This document shows, one piece after another, positions 9,711-20,693 of a stretch of 64,000 bases of DNA; within the stretch, counting starts at the first letter, position 1; every line of letters begins with the position of its first letter. A program made the position numbers and the translations under genes. The notes under the pieces are model-generated. The model saw nothing but the letters and a program-made list of their open reading frames with translations. It was not told the origin of the DNA and did no database searches. Origin of the DNA: Cycloclasticus sp. (GTDB lineage: Bacteria > Pseudomonadota > Gammaproteobacteria > Methylococcales > Cycloclasticaceae); assembly GCA_002700385.1 (NCBI GenBank), contig PADC01000009.1, forward strand, positions 2,094 through 66,093, read 5' to 3'.

Positions 9711-10859
9711 TTAATCAATCATTCTTTTTGAAACTTCTTCCAGCATCACTTCGGTCGCACCGCCACCGATGGCTTGAATTCGTGCATCACGATACATCCG
9801 CTCAATCGCACTTTCACGAATATAGCCAAAGCCGCCGTGAAATTGCAAGCAATCATACATCACTTCATTAACAAGCTCGCCACAATACGCTTTAACCATG
9901 GAAACCTCTTTAATGCAATCTAAGCCTTGCGCATCAAGCCAAGCAGCATGGTAGACGAGTTGTTTCCCTGCTTCAACTTTTGACGCCAAGGCCGCTAAAC
10001 GCTGGCGTATCGCTTGTTTATCAAACAGCACGCCACCAAACGCTTTTCGTGTGGTGACATAGTCCATCGTCAATTCAAGTGCTTTAGAGGCTTCACCCAT
10101 GGATTGCGCGCCCAAAACCAAGCGTTCGTTTTGAAAATTTCGCATGATTGAATAAAAACCCTTGTTGACTTCACCAAGTATGTTCTTTGCGGGCACACGG
10201 CAATTATCAAAAACCAGTTCCGCTGTATCAGAAGATAACCAGCCCATTTTTTTTAGGCTTTTACCCACTGTAAAGCCCGGTGTTCCTTTTTCAACCGCAA
10301 AAATTGTAATACCGCGTGATGGTTTGGCTTCGCTATCGGTTTTTGCCGCAACAAAAAACAAATCACCATGAACCCCATTGGTGATAAACATTTTTGAGCC
10401 ATTTAACAGGTAGTCATCACCGTCTTTAACTGCACGTGTTTTTATTCCCGCAACGTCTGAGCCAACGTCAGGTTCTGTCACAGCCACACCCACAATTTTT
10501 TTGCCCGAAATAATATCCGGCATGTATTGGGCCAGCTGTTCTTGATTACCAAAATTATCTAAATGCGGGGATGCCATATCGGTATGCACCAACACCGTAA
10601 CAGCAAAACCACCAAAGGTTGATCGCCCAAGCTCTTCAGCCAAAATAACCGATCCCAACGTGTCCATTTCACTGCCGCCATATTCACTGGAATACCGAAT
10701 ACCCAGAAAACCCAACTCCCCCATTTCTTGTAAAATTTCACGCGGAATTTTGCCTGTTTCTTCCCAGTCTTCCGCAACCGGCATGACCTTTTGTTCGACA
10801 AAACGCCGAATTTGGTCGCGTAACATGGTGTGTTCTTCATTAAAATAAATTGAATTCAT
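9711..10859 (-). CDS. Acyl-CoA dehydrogenase
   Basis: 382 aa. ACAD layout with TEPDVGSDVAGIKT and a C-terminal FHGGFGY ... AIGGGATEVMLEEV. Confidence 0.85.
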   Translation of the reverse strand: MNSIYFNEEHTMLRDQIRRFVEQKVMPVAEDWEETGKIPREILQEMGELGFLGIRYSSEYGGSEMDTLGSVILAEELGRSTFGGFAVTVLVHTDMASPHLDNFGNQEQLAQYMPDIISGKKIVGVAVTEPDVGSDVAGIKTRAVKDGDDYLLNGSKMFITNGVHGDLFFVAAKTDSEAKPSRGITIFAVEKGTPGFTVGKSLKKMGWLSSDTAELVFDNCRVPAKNILGEVNKGFYSIMRNFQNERLVLGAQSMGEASKALELTMDYVTTRKAFGGVLFDKQAIRQRLAALASKVEAGKQLVYHAAWLDAQGLDCIKEVSMVKAYCGELVNEVMYDCLQFHGGFGYIRESAIERMYRDARIQAIGGGATEVMLEEVSKRMID

Positions 10860-10877
10860 TTGATCTCCCCCAAAAAA

Positions 10878-11666
10878 TTAAGATTCAGTCCAACTGGCTT
10901 TACGTTTATTTAAGAACGCATCAATGCCTTCTTTGCCTTCTTCTGTTTCCCAGGCATCAGCCAAATTTGCCGCCGTGTAAATACGATTGTCAGCCGCTGT
11001 GTGTGTGTCCACGTAATCAATCAATTTTTTGGTGGAGGCAATAGCACCTGGCGCGCACTTTAGAATCATGTTGACTTCTTTTTCTATCGCCTTGTCTAAT
11101 TCATTGGCACTCACAACGTCGGTTAACAAATTTATGTTTTTTGCTTCATCCGCCTTAAAGATTCTGGAATTAAAAAAGTTTCTACGCGCATGCGTTGCGC
11201 CTATTCGTTTAACAACATAAGGCGAAATCGTCGCCGGTGTTAACCCTAATTTCACTTCTGTTAAACCAAAGGCTGCTGTGTCAACACCAATGCTGATATC
11301 ACAAACCGAGATCATTCCAACGCCACCACCATAGGCTGGCCCTTGAATACGGCCAATTAAAGGCTTACTGAGGCCATTTAAAGCCGCCAGCATATTGGCC
11401 AGCTCACCGGTTTCTTTAACACGTTGTGCTCTCGTTTTGGTGATATTACTTTCCATCCATTTTAAATCGCCACCGGCACAAAAAGTTTCGCCTGCGCCGC
11501 TTAACACAACCACACGAACACGATTGTCCGACTCAATCGTTGCACAAATATGCTGCATTTCCTGAATCAATTCTGCACTCATCGCATTGTGAACATGGGG
11601 GCGATTGAGTGTTACGAATGCGACCCCTCTCTCATCAATATTTAATAGGTTATTTTTATAATTCAC
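10878..11666 (-). CDS. Enoyl-CoA hydratase, methylglutaconyl-CoA hydratase-like
   Basis: 262 aa crotonase (LSGAGETFCAGGDLKWM; GPAYGGGVGMISVCDISIG). The liuC-like assignment rests only on context next to the liu genes. Confidence 0.65.
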   Translation of the reverse strand: MNYKNNLLNIDERGVAFVTLNRPHVHNAMSAELIQEMQHICATIESDNRVRVVVLSGAGETFCAGGDLKWMESNITKTRAQRVKETGELANMLAALNGLSKPLIGRIQGPAYGGGVGMISVCDISIGVDTAAFGLTEVKLGLTPATISPYVVKRIGATHARRNFFNSRIFKADEAKNINLLTDVVSANELDKAIEKEVNMILKCAPGAIASTKKLIDYVDTHTAADNRIYTAANLADAWETEEGKEGIDAFLNKRKASWTES

Positions 11667-12281
11667 TTAATCTCTCTCCTCCTTATAACAGCCATGTAAA
11701 AACAGATCGGCCTGTGATTCTGCAATTTCTTCTACGCTGGTACCGCTATCGGCATACCAAATAGTTGCCCAGTTCATACTGCCAAATAAGGCGAGTCTTA
11801 AAAGGTGCGTATTAACACCAGAACGAATAACGCCCTCTTTCTCAGCCTGTTCAAATAATTCTCGCCAAAAATTTTCATAAGCATCTCGATCAGCTTGAGC
11901 AAAATCATGAACACTTTTGGGTATTTGCCCATAATTCCGGATGCTCGCCAGGGTGTAATCTGCATGACGTAAAATAGCAATAAGGTGGCCACGAATCGCG
12001 GCTTTTAATAAGCTAACAAAATCCGGTTTATGGCCCAATTTATCCACTTCCTCTTCAACAATATCGCGAATCAACTGAATACTTTTATTCAGCACTTCTT
12101 GCATCAGCGCTTCTTTTGAATTGAAGTGGTAATACAAACTACCCGCCTGCATATTGATGGAGGCAGCAATATCCTTCAAATACGTACCGTGATACCCATG
12201 CCTGCTTAACATTTTAGCGGCCGCATCTAGTATAAGTTGCCGAGTGACTGCGCTTTTTTTTGTTGCCTGAATGAGTGTCAT
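11667..12281 (-). CDS. TetR/AcrR-family transcriptional regulator
   Basis: 204 aa. N-terminal TetR HTH (AAKMLSRHGYHGTYLKDIAASINMQAGSLYYHFNSKEAL). Divergent from liuA and abuts the downstream hydratase gene. Confidence 0.8.
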   Translation of the reverse strand: MTLIQATKKSAVTRQLILDAAAKMLSRHGYHGTYLKDIAASINMQAGSLYYHFNSKEALMQEVLNKSIQLIRDIVEEEVDKLGHKPDFVSLLKAAIRGHLIAILRHADYTLASIRNYGQIPKSVHDFAQADRDAYENFWRELFEQAEKEGVIRSGVNTHLLRLALFGSMNWATIWYADSGTSVEEIAESQADLFLHGCYKEERD

Positions 12282-12296
12282 TGCTGCCCTGTAAAA

Positions 12297-12333
12297 AATC
12301 TAATCTTGTTTAGATTCTAATTGATGTTAGATT
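12297..12333. promoter_or_regulatory. Two tandem TCTAA-N6-TTAGA palindromes, candidate TetR operators
   Basis: AATCTAAtcttgtTTAGATT (12297-12316) and TCTAAttgatgTTAGA (12316-12331), 17 bp apart, in the 116-bp TetR/liuA divergent intergenic region. Confidence 0.45.
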
Positions 12334-12397
12334 GAGTATAGTGTTATGATCAATTTAAAGCAACTCGAGAATAACTAAAAAACACAGAGGAAAATAA

Positions 12398-13558
12398 ATG
12401 CCTTTTAATACACGCATTAATGATGAAGTTGATGAACTTAGGGACGCCGTTCGTAAGTTTGCAGACGGAGAAATTGCGCCGCTGGCTGAATCCGTCGATC
12501 AAAAAAATGAATTCCCAAATGAATTGTGGCCCGTCTTCGGAGAAATGGGCCTGCTAGGCATGACCATACCCGAAGAATACGGCGGCACAGGGCTTAATTA
12601 TTTATCTCACCTTGTGGTCATGGAAGAATTATCAAGAGCTTCTGCTTCTATTGGCCTGTCTTACGGCGCTAACTCCAACCTTTGTTTAAATAATTTATAT
12701 TTAAACGGTACCGAAGAGCAGCGCCATAAATATTTACCAAAACTATGCCGCGGCGAATACATAGGCGCACTGGCTATGTCCGAACCCGGTGCAGGCTCAG
12801 ATGTCGTGGGCTCGATGAGCTGCAAAGCCGAAAAAAAAGGGGATAAATGGATCGCCAACGGTAATAAAATGTGGATTACCAATGGCCCCGATGCCGATGT
12901 CTTGATTGTTTACATGCGCACCGCTGGGCCAGAGGCGGGCTCACGCGGCATGACGGCCTTTATTATTGAAAAAACCATGCCTGGTTTTTCAACGGCGCAA
13001 AAACTGGACAAACTCGGTATGCGCGGTTCCAACACCTGCGAATTGGTCTTTGAAAATTGCGAAATTCCTGAAGAAAATGTTCTCGGTGATGTCAACGAAG
13101 GTGTAAAAGTCTTAATGAGCGGCTTGAACACCGAGCGAATGGTTTTATCAGGCGGTCCCATTGGGATTATGCAAGCCACCATGGATATTTGCTTACCTTA
13201 CGTGCACGAACGGAAGCAATTTGGCAAACCCATTGGTGTTTTCGAACTCATGCAAGGAAAAATGGCCGACATGTATGTTGCTTTGCAATCCACGCGTGCT
13301 TTTGCTTACCGTGTTGCAGAACAATACGACAAAGGCAATGATTCGCGTAAAGATGCGGCTGGCCTGTTGCTGTTTGCTTCAGAAAACGCCGTTAAGGTTG
13401 CACTTGAAGGTATTCAAACCTTAGGGGGGAATGGCTATATCAATGAATTTGCAACGGGTCGTTTGCTGCGTGATGCCAAACTCTATGACATTGGTGCCGG
13501 CACGAATGAAATTCGCCGAATGCTGATCGGCCGTGAATTATTTGACGACACGAAATAA
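12398..13558 (+). CDS. liuA: Isovaleryl-CoA dehydrogenase
   Basis: 386 aa ACAD with the IVD-type C-terminus [18 protein letters not shown] and [12 protein letters not shown]. First gene of the MCC/HMG-CoA lyase operon. Confidence 0.85.
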   Translation: MPFNTRINDEVDELRDAVRKFADGEIAPLAESVDQKNEFPNELWPVFGEMGLLGMTIPEEYGGTGLNYLSHLVVMEELSRASASIGLSYGANSNLCLNNLYLNGTEEQRHKYLPKLCRGEYIGALAMSEPGAGSDVVGSMSCKAEKKGDKWIANGNKMWITNGPDADVLIVYMRTAGPEAGSRGMTAFIIEKTMPGFSTAQKLDKLGMRGSNTCELVFENCEIPEENVLGDVNEGVKVLMSGLNTERMVLSGGPIGIMQATMDICLPYVHERKQFGKPIGVFELMQGKMADMYVALQSTRAFAYRVAEQYDKGNDSRKDAAGLLLFASENAVKVALEGIQTLGGNGYINEFATGRLLRDAKLYDIGAGTNEIRRMLIGRELFDDTK

Positions 13559-13560
13559 CC

Positions 13561-14742
13561 ATGGCGAATCGAAACGTTGTCATCGTCGCCGCCAAAAGAA
13601 CACCTTTAGGTGGTTTTCAGGGTCAATTTTCATCTTTAACAGCATCTGATCTAGGCAGTGCTGCCATTAAAGCCGCAATAGAAGATGGCCAAGTAAAACC
13701 TGAGCAGATTGAAACCGTTCATTTTGGATGCGTTCTACCGGCTGGGCAAGGTCAGGCCCCTGCTCGACAAGCCGCTTTAAAAGCAGGCGTTCCATTATCT
13801 TCACCCTGTAATACGGTCAATAAAATGTGTGGCTCTGGCATGCAAGCGGTGATATACGGGTACCAACAAATTCTTGCGGGAGATGCCAGCTGTGTTATTG
13901 CCGGCGGTATGGAATCCATGACAAATGCCCCTTACCTTTCCAGCAAATATCGCGCTGGCCTTAAAATGGGCCACGGTGACATGATCGACCACATGTTCCA
14001 TGACGGTTTACAAGATGTTAAACATGGACAGTTGATGGGTGCATTTGCTGAAATGTGTGCCGAAAAATATAACTTTAGCCGCGAACAACAAGATGACTTT
14101 GCTATTAGCTCACTCGAGCGTGCTAACAGCGCCATTAGCTCGGGCGCTTTCGAGGCTGAAATAACACCCGTTGTTGTTAAAAGCCGCAAAGGAGAAACGA
14201 CTTATACCGACGATGAGCAACCCGCTAAAGCAGCCGTTGATAAAATAAGAAAACTGCGCCCCGCTTTTAAAAAAGATGGCACGGTGACCGCAGCAAACGC
14301 ATCATCCATCTCCGACGGTGCCGCCGCTTTAGTATTGATGGATTCAAGTGAAGCTGAGAAAAAAGGCTTTCAACCGCTGGCTAAAATTACAGCTCAAGCT
14401 GTACACGCTCAAGACCCCGACTGGTTTAGCACCGCCCCAATTTTTGCCATTCAAAAAGTTTTAAAAAAATGCGAATGGGCTGTCGATGACGTTGATTTAT
14501 TCGAAATAAATGAAGCCTTTGCTGTGGTCACCATGGCCGCTACGAAAGACCTTCATCTTGACCCTGCCAAGGTTAATGTCAATGGGGGCGCTTGTGCCTT
14601 AGGTCACCCAATTGGTGCTTCGGGTGCCCGTGTTTTAGTCACTTTAATTCACGCACTAAAAGCCCGCCAACTTTCAAAAGGTGTCGCGTCGCTTTGCATT
14701 GGTGGTGGCGAAGCCACTGCAATGGCTATCGAAATTATTTAA
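13561..14742 (+). CDS. Acetyl-CoA C-acetyltransferase (thiolase II)
   Basis: 393 aa. Active-site Cys context VNKMCGSGMQAV and thiolase C-terminal signature NVNGGACALGHPIGASGAR ... CIGGGEA. Confidence 0.9.
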   Translation: MANRNVVIVAAKRTPLGGFQGQFSSLTASDLGSAAIKAAIEDGQVKPEQIETVHFGCVLPAGQGQAPARQAALKAGVPLSSPCNTVNKMCGSGMQAVIYGYQQILAGDASCVIAGGMESMTNAPYLSSKYRAGLKMGHGDMIDHMFHDGLQDVKHGQLMGAFAEMCAEKYNFSREQQDDFAISSLERANSAISSGAFEAEITPVVVKSRKGETTYTDDEQPAKAAVDKIRKLRPAFKKDGTVTAANASSISDGAAALVLMDSSEAEKKGFQPLAKITAQAVHAQDPDWFSTAPIFAIQKVLKKCEWAVDDVDLFEINEAFAVVTMAATKDLHLDPAKVNVNGGACALGHPIGASGARVLVTLIHALKARQLSKGVASLCIGGGEATAMAIEII

Positions 14743-14775
14743 ACACTTGGTCTTAACAATAAGAAGGTAAAAAAT

Positions 14776-16383
14776 ATGCCCGTTATTAAGTCAAAAATTG
14801 AAACTGCCTCAGCAGATTTCAACGAAAATAAAGCTCATATGGAATCACTCGTTGAGGAGCTAAACGAACGGATTAATACTGCTGCTCAAGGGGGTGGAGA
14901 ACGAGCTCGAAAGAAACACTTAGATCGCGATAAAATGTTGCCAAGGGACCGTATTAAAGCCCTACTCGACCCCGGCAGTGCCTTTCTAGAACTGTCTCAG
15001 CTGGCGGCTTACGGCATTTATGACGATGTTGCACCGGCTGCTGGCATTATCACCGGTATTGGGCGTGTCCATGGCGGCGAAGTCATGGTCATTGCCAATG
15101 ATGCAACCGTTAAAGGCGGAACCTATTACCCACTGACCGTCACAAAACACCTGAGAGCGCAAGAAATTGCAGCTGAAAACCGCCTCCCCTGTGTTTATTT
15201 AGTCGACTCAGGCGGTGCTTTTTTGCCGCTTCAACACGAAGTTTTTCCTGGCAAAGAACATTTTGGTCGGTTCTTTTACAACCAGACACGCATGTCAGCG
15301 GCCGGCATCCCACAAATTGCTGTGGTAATGGGTTCTTGTACTGCCGGTGGTGCCTATATTCCTTCATTATGTGATGAGTCTATTATTGTTAGAGAACAAG
15401 GAACGATTTTCTTGGGCGGCCCCCCTTTGGTGAAGGCCGCTACTGGCGAAGAAGTTTCATCAGAAGACTTAGGAGGCGCAGAACTACACTGTAAACAATC
15501 TGGCGTAACAGATCATATAGCAGAAGATGATTCGCACGCATTGTCTATTGCACGAGACCTTATCGAGCACCTGAATGACACTAAGGAAGTTCATGTGAAG
15601 GTCCGTGAATCACGTGAACCGCTGTACCCGACTGACGATATTCTAGGCATTATTCCAAAAGATGCCAAACAACCTTACGATGTGCGTGAAATCATTGCTC
15701 GCTTGGTTGATGCCTCTGAATTTCAGGAGTTTAAACCCTTGTATGGGCCCACCTTGATCTGTGGATTTGCTCATATTCATGGCTACCCTGTGGGCATTAT
15801 TGCCAATAACGGCATTTTATTTTCTCCCTCTGCCCTAAAAGGTACTCACTTCATAGAATTATGCAATCAGCGCGGCATTCCACTGCTCTTCTTGCAAAAT
15901 ATTACCGGGTTTATGGTCGGTAAAAAATACGAAGAAGAAGGCATTGCGAAAAACGGCGCAAAAATGGTGACGGCCGTATCGTGCTCAAGCGTGCCTAAAT
16001 TTACGGTACTGATTGGTGGCTCGTATGGCGCGGGTAACTACGGCATGTGTGGCCGAGCCTTTGGCGCTCGCATGCTATGGAGCTGGCCAAATTCACGCAT
16101 TTCAACGATGGGTGGCGAACAGGCTGCCTCCGTGCTTGCGACCGTTAAACGTGATGCCATTGAAGCTGCTGGGAACACTTGGTCTGCCGAAGAAGAAGCG
16201 GCTTTTAGAGAACCTATTCTTGCGCAATACGAAGAGCAAGGTAACCCCTACTTTGCAACTGCTCGTCTTTGGGACGATGGCCTCATCGACCCAAGAGACA
16301 CCCGACGTATTCTTGGTTTATCGCTCGCTGTTGCAGCAAAAACCCCAACGGAAGATGCCAAATTTGGCGTCTTCAGAATGTAA
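14776..16383 (+). CDS. liuB: Methylcrotonyl-CoA carboxylase, carboxyltransferase (beta) subunit
   Basis: 535 aa. Carboxyltransferase-domain length and organisation; sits between IVD/thiolase and the biotin-carboxylase subunit. Confidence 0.85.
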   Translation: MPVIKSKIETASADFNENKAHMESLVEELNERINTAAQGGGERARKKHLDRDKMLPRDRIKALLDPGSAFLELSQLAAYGIYDDVAPAAGIITGIGRVHGGEVMVIANDATVKGGTYYPLTVTKHLRAQEIAAENRLPCVYLVDSGGAFLPLQHEVFPGKEHFGRFFYNQTRMSAAGIPQIAVVMGSCTAGGAYIPSLCDESIIVREQGTIFLGGPPLVKAATGEEVSSEDLGGAELHCKQSGVTDHIAEDDSHALSIARDLIEHLNDTKEVHVKVRESREPLYPTDDILGIIPKDAKQPYDVREIIARLVDASEFQEFKPLYGPTLICGFAHIHGYPVGIIANNGILFSPSALKGTHFIELCNQRGIPLLFLQNITGFMVGKKYEEEGIAKNGAKMVTAVSCSSVPKFTVLIGGSYGAGNYGMCGRAFGARMLWSWPNSRISTMGGEQAASVLATVKRDAIEAAGNTWSAEEEAAFREPILAQYEEQGNPYFATARLWDDGLIDPRDTRRILGLSLAVAAKTPTEDAKFGVFRM

Positions 16384-16398
16384 TTGAGGGCAGACAAC

Positions 16399-18402
16399 AT
16401 GTTTAAAAAAGTACTGATTGCAAACCGTGGTGAAATTGCTTGTCGAGTGATTTCCACATTAAAAAAAATGGGCATAACCAGCGTCGCTGTTTATTCGGAT
16501 GCAGACCGTCATGCTCGTCACGTTAAATTAGCCGATGAGGCATACCATATTGGTGGTTCACGCCCGGATGAATCATACCTTAAAGCCGATCATTTACTCG
16601 CCTTAGCTAAGAAAGTAGGTGTTGATGCCATACACCCTGCTTACGGTTTTTTATCCGAAAACAGCGCGTTTGCTCGCGCTTGCCCTGAAGCAGGTATCAC
16701 TTTTATTGGCCCGTCAGCAGAGTCGATAGAAAAAATGGGAGCCAAAGATGCCGCAAAGGCCCTAATGGAAAACGCTAATGTGCCTGTTGTGCCAGGTTAT
16801 CATGGCGAAAATCAAGAACCTGATTACCTCCAAACGCAAGCCGAGAAGGTTGGTTTTCCATTGTTAATTAAAGCCGTTTCTGGTGGCGGTGGCAAAGGGA
16901 TGCGGGTTGTTAATTCCGCTAATGAATTTGCCGAATCACTCGACTCTGTTAAACGCGAAGCACTCAACGCATTTGCAGATGATCGTGTTTTATTAGAACG
17001 TTACATCAGTAAACCCCGTCATATTGAATTTCAAGTGTTTGGTGATTCACATGAAAATTATGTCCATTTACACGAACGTGAATGTTCATTACAACGCCGT
17101 CATCAAAAGATTATTGAGGAAACACCCTCCCCGTTCTTAAACGAACAAACACGTCAAGCAATGGGCGTAGCCGCCGTTAACGCAGCACGTGCTATTAATT
17201 ATTTAGGTGCGGGGACTATCGAATTTATCGTCGGTGAAGATCGTTCTTTCTACTTTATGGAAATGAACACACGCCTGCAAGTAGAACACCCCGTCACTGA
17301 AATGGTCACCGGGCAAGATTTGGTCGAGTGGCAAGTGCGCGTTGCCGCAGGTCAAGCATTGCCCTTAAAACAAGAACAAATCACCAGTAGTGGCCATTCG
17401 TTTGAAGCACGTGTCTATGCCGAAAACCCAAATAACTTATTTTTGCCATCAACGGGTCAATTACACCATCTACGTTTTCCTAAAAGCAGTCAACATCTGC
17501 GCATTGAAACCGGTGTAGAACAAGGCGATACCATCAGTGTGTTTTATGATCCCATGATCGCTAAATTAGTCGTTTGGGGTGAAGACCGTGAAGTAGCACG
17601 TGAGCGTTTGTTAAACGCTTTAGGCGACAGTGGCATTATTGGGGTAGAAAACAATATTGCTTTCTTAGAGACCCTAGCAACACACCCCGATTTTATCGGC
17701 AATCAAATTGATACTCAGTATATTGACAAAAAACTCGACACGCTTCTGTCCGATAGCGAGGTTGAACTCCCCGAAAAAGTCTTACTGGCCGCAGCGGTAA
17801 AAACCTTGCTTGACGGCAAACAAACCGTTGATGATATGGCGGCCATATCCGCGGATGGCAATTCCCCGTGGTTTGATACCACCGGCTGGCGCCCTAATGG
17901 GCAAAGTCAACGAAGCTTATTTTTTAATTATAAAGACGCTGATGACGTTGAAATCCAAGTCACTGAAAATGCCAATCATTTCATCTTTCATCTGGATAAT
18001 GACCTTGATGTCATTGCAGAATCTGAGAGTGATCAGGTTATTCGTTTGCAAATTAATGGCAGTTGGGAACGTTTCATTACCCTAAGGCATGAAGATCTAG
18101 TTCTCATTTCTTGGAAAAATCGCTGGTATGCTTTAACTGAAGTCAATCCATTCGAGCCCGATTTATCATCCATTGGCGGCGCTGCAAACATCATTGCTCC
18201 GATGCCCGGAAAGCTCTTGAAAGTCCTCGTATCAAACGATGATGCCGTCACCGAAGGACAAACCCTTGCCATTATTGAAGCCATGAAAATGGAACACACG
18301 CTAAGCGCCCCATTTGATGGCGAGGTAGACCAAGTCTTTTATTCAGAAGAAGACTTTGTCGAAGCTGATGCGACCTTAATTACCTTTAAGGATAAAAATT
18401 AA
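16399..18402 (+). CDS. liuD: Methylcrotonyl-CoA carboxylase, biotin-carrying (alpha) subunit
   Basis: Biotin carboxylase N-terminus KKVLIANRGEIACR, ATP-grasp core, C-terminal biotinyl-Lys motif IIEAMKMEH. ATG 16399 follows a GAGGG RBS. Confidence 0.9.
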   Translation: MFKKVLIANRGEIACRVISTLKKMGITSVAVYSDADRHARHVKLADEAYHIGGSRPDESYLKADHLLALAKKVGVDAIHPAYGFLSENSAFARACPEAGITFIGPSAESIEKMGAKDAAKALMENANVPVVPGYHGENQEPDYLQTQAEKVGFPLLIKAVSGGGGKGMRVVNSANEFAESLDSVKREALNAFADDRVLLERYISKPRHIEFQVFGDSHENYVHLHERECSLQRRHQKIIEETPSPFLNEQTRQAMGVAAVNAARAINYLGAGTIEFIVGEDRSFYFMEMNTRLQVEHPVTEMVTGQDLVEWQVRVAAGQALPLKQEQITSSGHSFEARVYAENPNNLFLPSTGQLHHLRFPKSSQHLRIETGVEQGDTISVFYDPMIAKLVVWGEDREVARERLLNALGDSGIIGVENNIAFLETLATHPDFIGNQIDTQYIDKKLDTLLSDSEVELPEKVLLAAAVKTLLDGKQTVDDMAAISADGNSPWFDTTGWRPNGQSQRSLFFNYKDADDVEIQVTENANHFIFHLDNDLDVIAESESDQVIRLQINGSWERFITLRHEDLVLISWKNRWYALTEVNPFEPDLSSIGGAANIIAPMPGKLLKVLVSNDDAVTEGQTLAIIEAMKMEHTLSAPFDGEVDQVFYSEEDFVEADATLITFKDKN

Positions 18403-18403
18403 T

Positions 18404-19306
18404 ATGTCTCATTCTTATCCAAAGCAGGTCAGAATTGTCGAGGTTTCTCCACGTGATGGTTTGCAAAATATCAAACAAAACGTGTCCACAGACGTTAAAG
18501 TTGCCTTAATAAATAAACTTTGTGATGCCGGCATCAACGATATTGAAGTCACCAGTTTTGTCAGCCCCAAATGGGTGCCTCAAATGGCAGACGCAGCAGA
18601 TGTTCTCAATCAGCTACCCTCTCGTGACGGGACATCCTATATCGTGCTAACACCGAACCTCCGCGGGTTTGACCGCGCCATTGAAAGTGGTGCCAAGGAA
18701 GTTGCCATTTTTGCCGCTGCGTCAGAAACATTCAGCCAAAAAAACACCAATTGCAGTATTACTGAATCACTGCAGCGCTTTGAACCCATCCTGCTCAAAG
18801 CTGCTGAGTTAAACATTCCCGTACGCGGTTATACATCCTGTGTCTTAGGTTGCCCTTACGAAGGTGATATTGATGTTTCCGAAGTCGTCCGCGTCAGCAA
18901 AGCACTAATAGATATGGGCTGTTACGAAGTTTCCTTAGGTGACACCATCGGCATAGGAACCCCGACTAAAGCACGCGACATGATATCGGCTGTTGTTCAT
19001 GAAGTGCCAGCAGAGAAGTTATCGCTCCATTTTCATGATACCCGTGGGCAAGCCTTAGCCAATATCTTTGCGTGCCTTGAATATGGCGTACCTAACATCG
19101 ATTCTTCAGTTGCTGGACTGGGTGGTTGCCCCTATGCAGCAGGGGCATCTGGCAACGTTTCAACCGAAGACGTTGTCTATATGTTACATGGCATGGGCAT
19201 TGAAACCGGTATCGATCTAGAAAAGCTTGTTGCCGCGGGGCACTACATCACCGCACAAATTGGCGGCCAAAATAACAGTAAAATTGGCGCCGTTTATAAA
19301 AATTAA
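18404..19306 (+). CDS. liuE: Hydroxymethylglutaryl-CoA lyase
   Basis: 300 aa. HMGL-like motifs VRIVEVSPRDGLQN, HFHDTRGQALAN and GLGGCPYA. Confidence 0.85.
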   Translation: MSHSYPKQVRIVEVSPRDGLQNIKQNVSTDVKVALINKLCDAGINDIEVTSFVSPKWVPQMADAADVLNQLPSRDGTSYIVLTPNLRGFDRAIESGAKEVAIFAAASETFSQKNTNCSITESLQRFEPILLKAAELNIPVRGYTSCVLGCPYEGDIDVSEVVRVSKALIDMGCYEVSLGDTIGIGTPTKARDMISAVVHEVPAEKLSLHFHDTRGQALANIFACLEYGVPNIDSSVAGLGGCPYAAGASGNVSTEDVVYMLHGMGIETGIDLEKLVAAGHYITAQIGGQNNSKIGAVYKN

Positions 19307-19318
19307 GAGGAGGAAAAC

Positions 19319-20020
19319 ATGAGGGGTTTCAATAAAGTTGTCTCCAGCTATCAAGAAGCCATGGCTGGGCTTTCAGACAACATGACCATTATTGCCGGTG
19401 GCTTTGGCCTGTGTGGTATTCCAGAAGGGCTGATTAAAGAAATTGAAAACATTGGCGCCAAGGGACTTACCGTCGTCTCTAATAACTGTGGCATTGATAA
19501 TTTTGGCTTAGGCATCCTTTTGAAGGATAAACAAATCAAAAAAATGGTGTCGTCTTATGTTGGTGAAAATGCCGAATTTGAACGCCAATACTTATCTGGT
19601 GAACTTGAGGTAGAACTGACACCACAAGGCACATTGGCTGAAAAAATGCGTGCAGGAGGCGCCGGTATCCCCGCTTTTTATACCGCCACCGGTGTTGGTA
19701 CGCCCGTTGCCGAAGGTAAAGAAGTTAAACAATTTAATGGCCGCGACTATATTTTAGAAGAAAGTGTCACCGGCGATTTTGCTATTGTCAAAGCATGGAA
19801 AGCCGACAAAATTGGTAACCTCATCTACCGCGATACCGCGATGAACTTCAATCCAATGGCTGCCACGGCAGGTAAAGTAACGGTCGCCGAGGTTGAAGAA
19901 ATTGTTGAGGTTGGCGAGCTTGACCCAAACCATATTCACACACCCGGTATTTATGTTAACCGCATTATCCAAGGGTCTTTCGAAAAGCGTATCGAAAAAA
20001 TCACCCTCGCCAAAAATTAA
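19319..20020 (+). CDS. scoA: 3-oxoacid CoA-transferase subunit A
   Basis: 233 aa. [13 protein letters not shown] motif typical of family I CoA-transferase A subunits. Confidence 0.85.
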   Translation: MRGFNKVVSSYQEAMAGLSDNMTIIAGGFGLCGIPEGLIKEIENIGAKGLTVVSNNCGIDNFGLGILLKDKQIKKMVSSYVGENAEFERQYLSGELEVELTPQGTLAEKMRAGGAGIPAFYTATGVGTPVAEGKEVKQFNGRDYILEESVTGDFAIVKAWKADKIGNLIYRDTAMNFNPMAATAGKVTVAEVEEIVEVGELDPNHIHTPGIYVNRIIQGSFEKRIEKITLAKN

Positions 20021-20030
20021 GGAGCCCCTC

Positions 20031-20693
20031 ATGTCATTAAATCGTGACCAAATAGCCATGCGAGTGGCTCAAGAACTACAAGACGGTTATTACGTTAACC
20101 TAGGTATTGGTATTCCAACCTTAGTGGCCAACTATGTACCTAACGATATTGACGTGATGCTGCAATCAGAAAATGGCTTGCTCGGCATTGGCCCCTACCC
20201 AACCGAAGATCAAGTGGATGCCGATATGATTAACGCTGGCAAAGAAACCGTCACTGCTGCTGTAGGTGCCTCCATATTTTCATCGGCAGAAAGCTTTGCC
20301 ATGATTCGTGGTGGGCATGTTGACTTAACCGTACTCGGCGCATTTGAAGTGGATCAAAATGGCAATATCGCCTCTTACATGATCCCAGGGAAACTCGTCA
20401 AAGGGATGGGCGGTGCCATGGATTTAGTCGCAGGTGCAGAAAACATTATCGTCACCATGACCCATGCTGATAAACATGGAAACTCCAAACTACTCAACCA
20501 TTGCAACCTCCCCTTAACCGGGGTCAACTGCGTTAAACGTATTGTTACCGATTTAGCGGTCTTGGACATTAAAGAAGGCGCCTTTCACCTGCTTGAACGT
20601 GCTCCGGGCGTGAGCGTTGAAGAAATTCAACAAAAAACGGCAGGCCAACTCATCCTGCCTCAGAATGGCCAAGTACCCGAAATATCTGTTTAA
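20031..20693 (+). CDS. scoB: 3-oxoacid CoA-transferase subunit B
   Basis: 220 aa from MSLNRDQIA (GGAG RBS). Catalytic-Glu motif LQSENGLLGIGP. The longer track ORF from 19893 overlaps scoA. Confidence 0.85.
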   Translation: MSLNRDQIAMRVAQELQDGYYVNLGIGIPTLVANYVPNDIDVMLQSENGLLGIGPYPTEDQVDADMINAGKETVTAAVGASIFSSAESFAMIRGGHVDLTVLGAFEVDQNGNIASYMIPGKLVKGMGGAMDLVAGAENIIVTMTHADKHGNSKLLNHCNLPLTGVNCVKRIVTDLAVLDIKEGAFHLLERAPGVSVEEIQQKTAGQLILPQNGQVPEISV

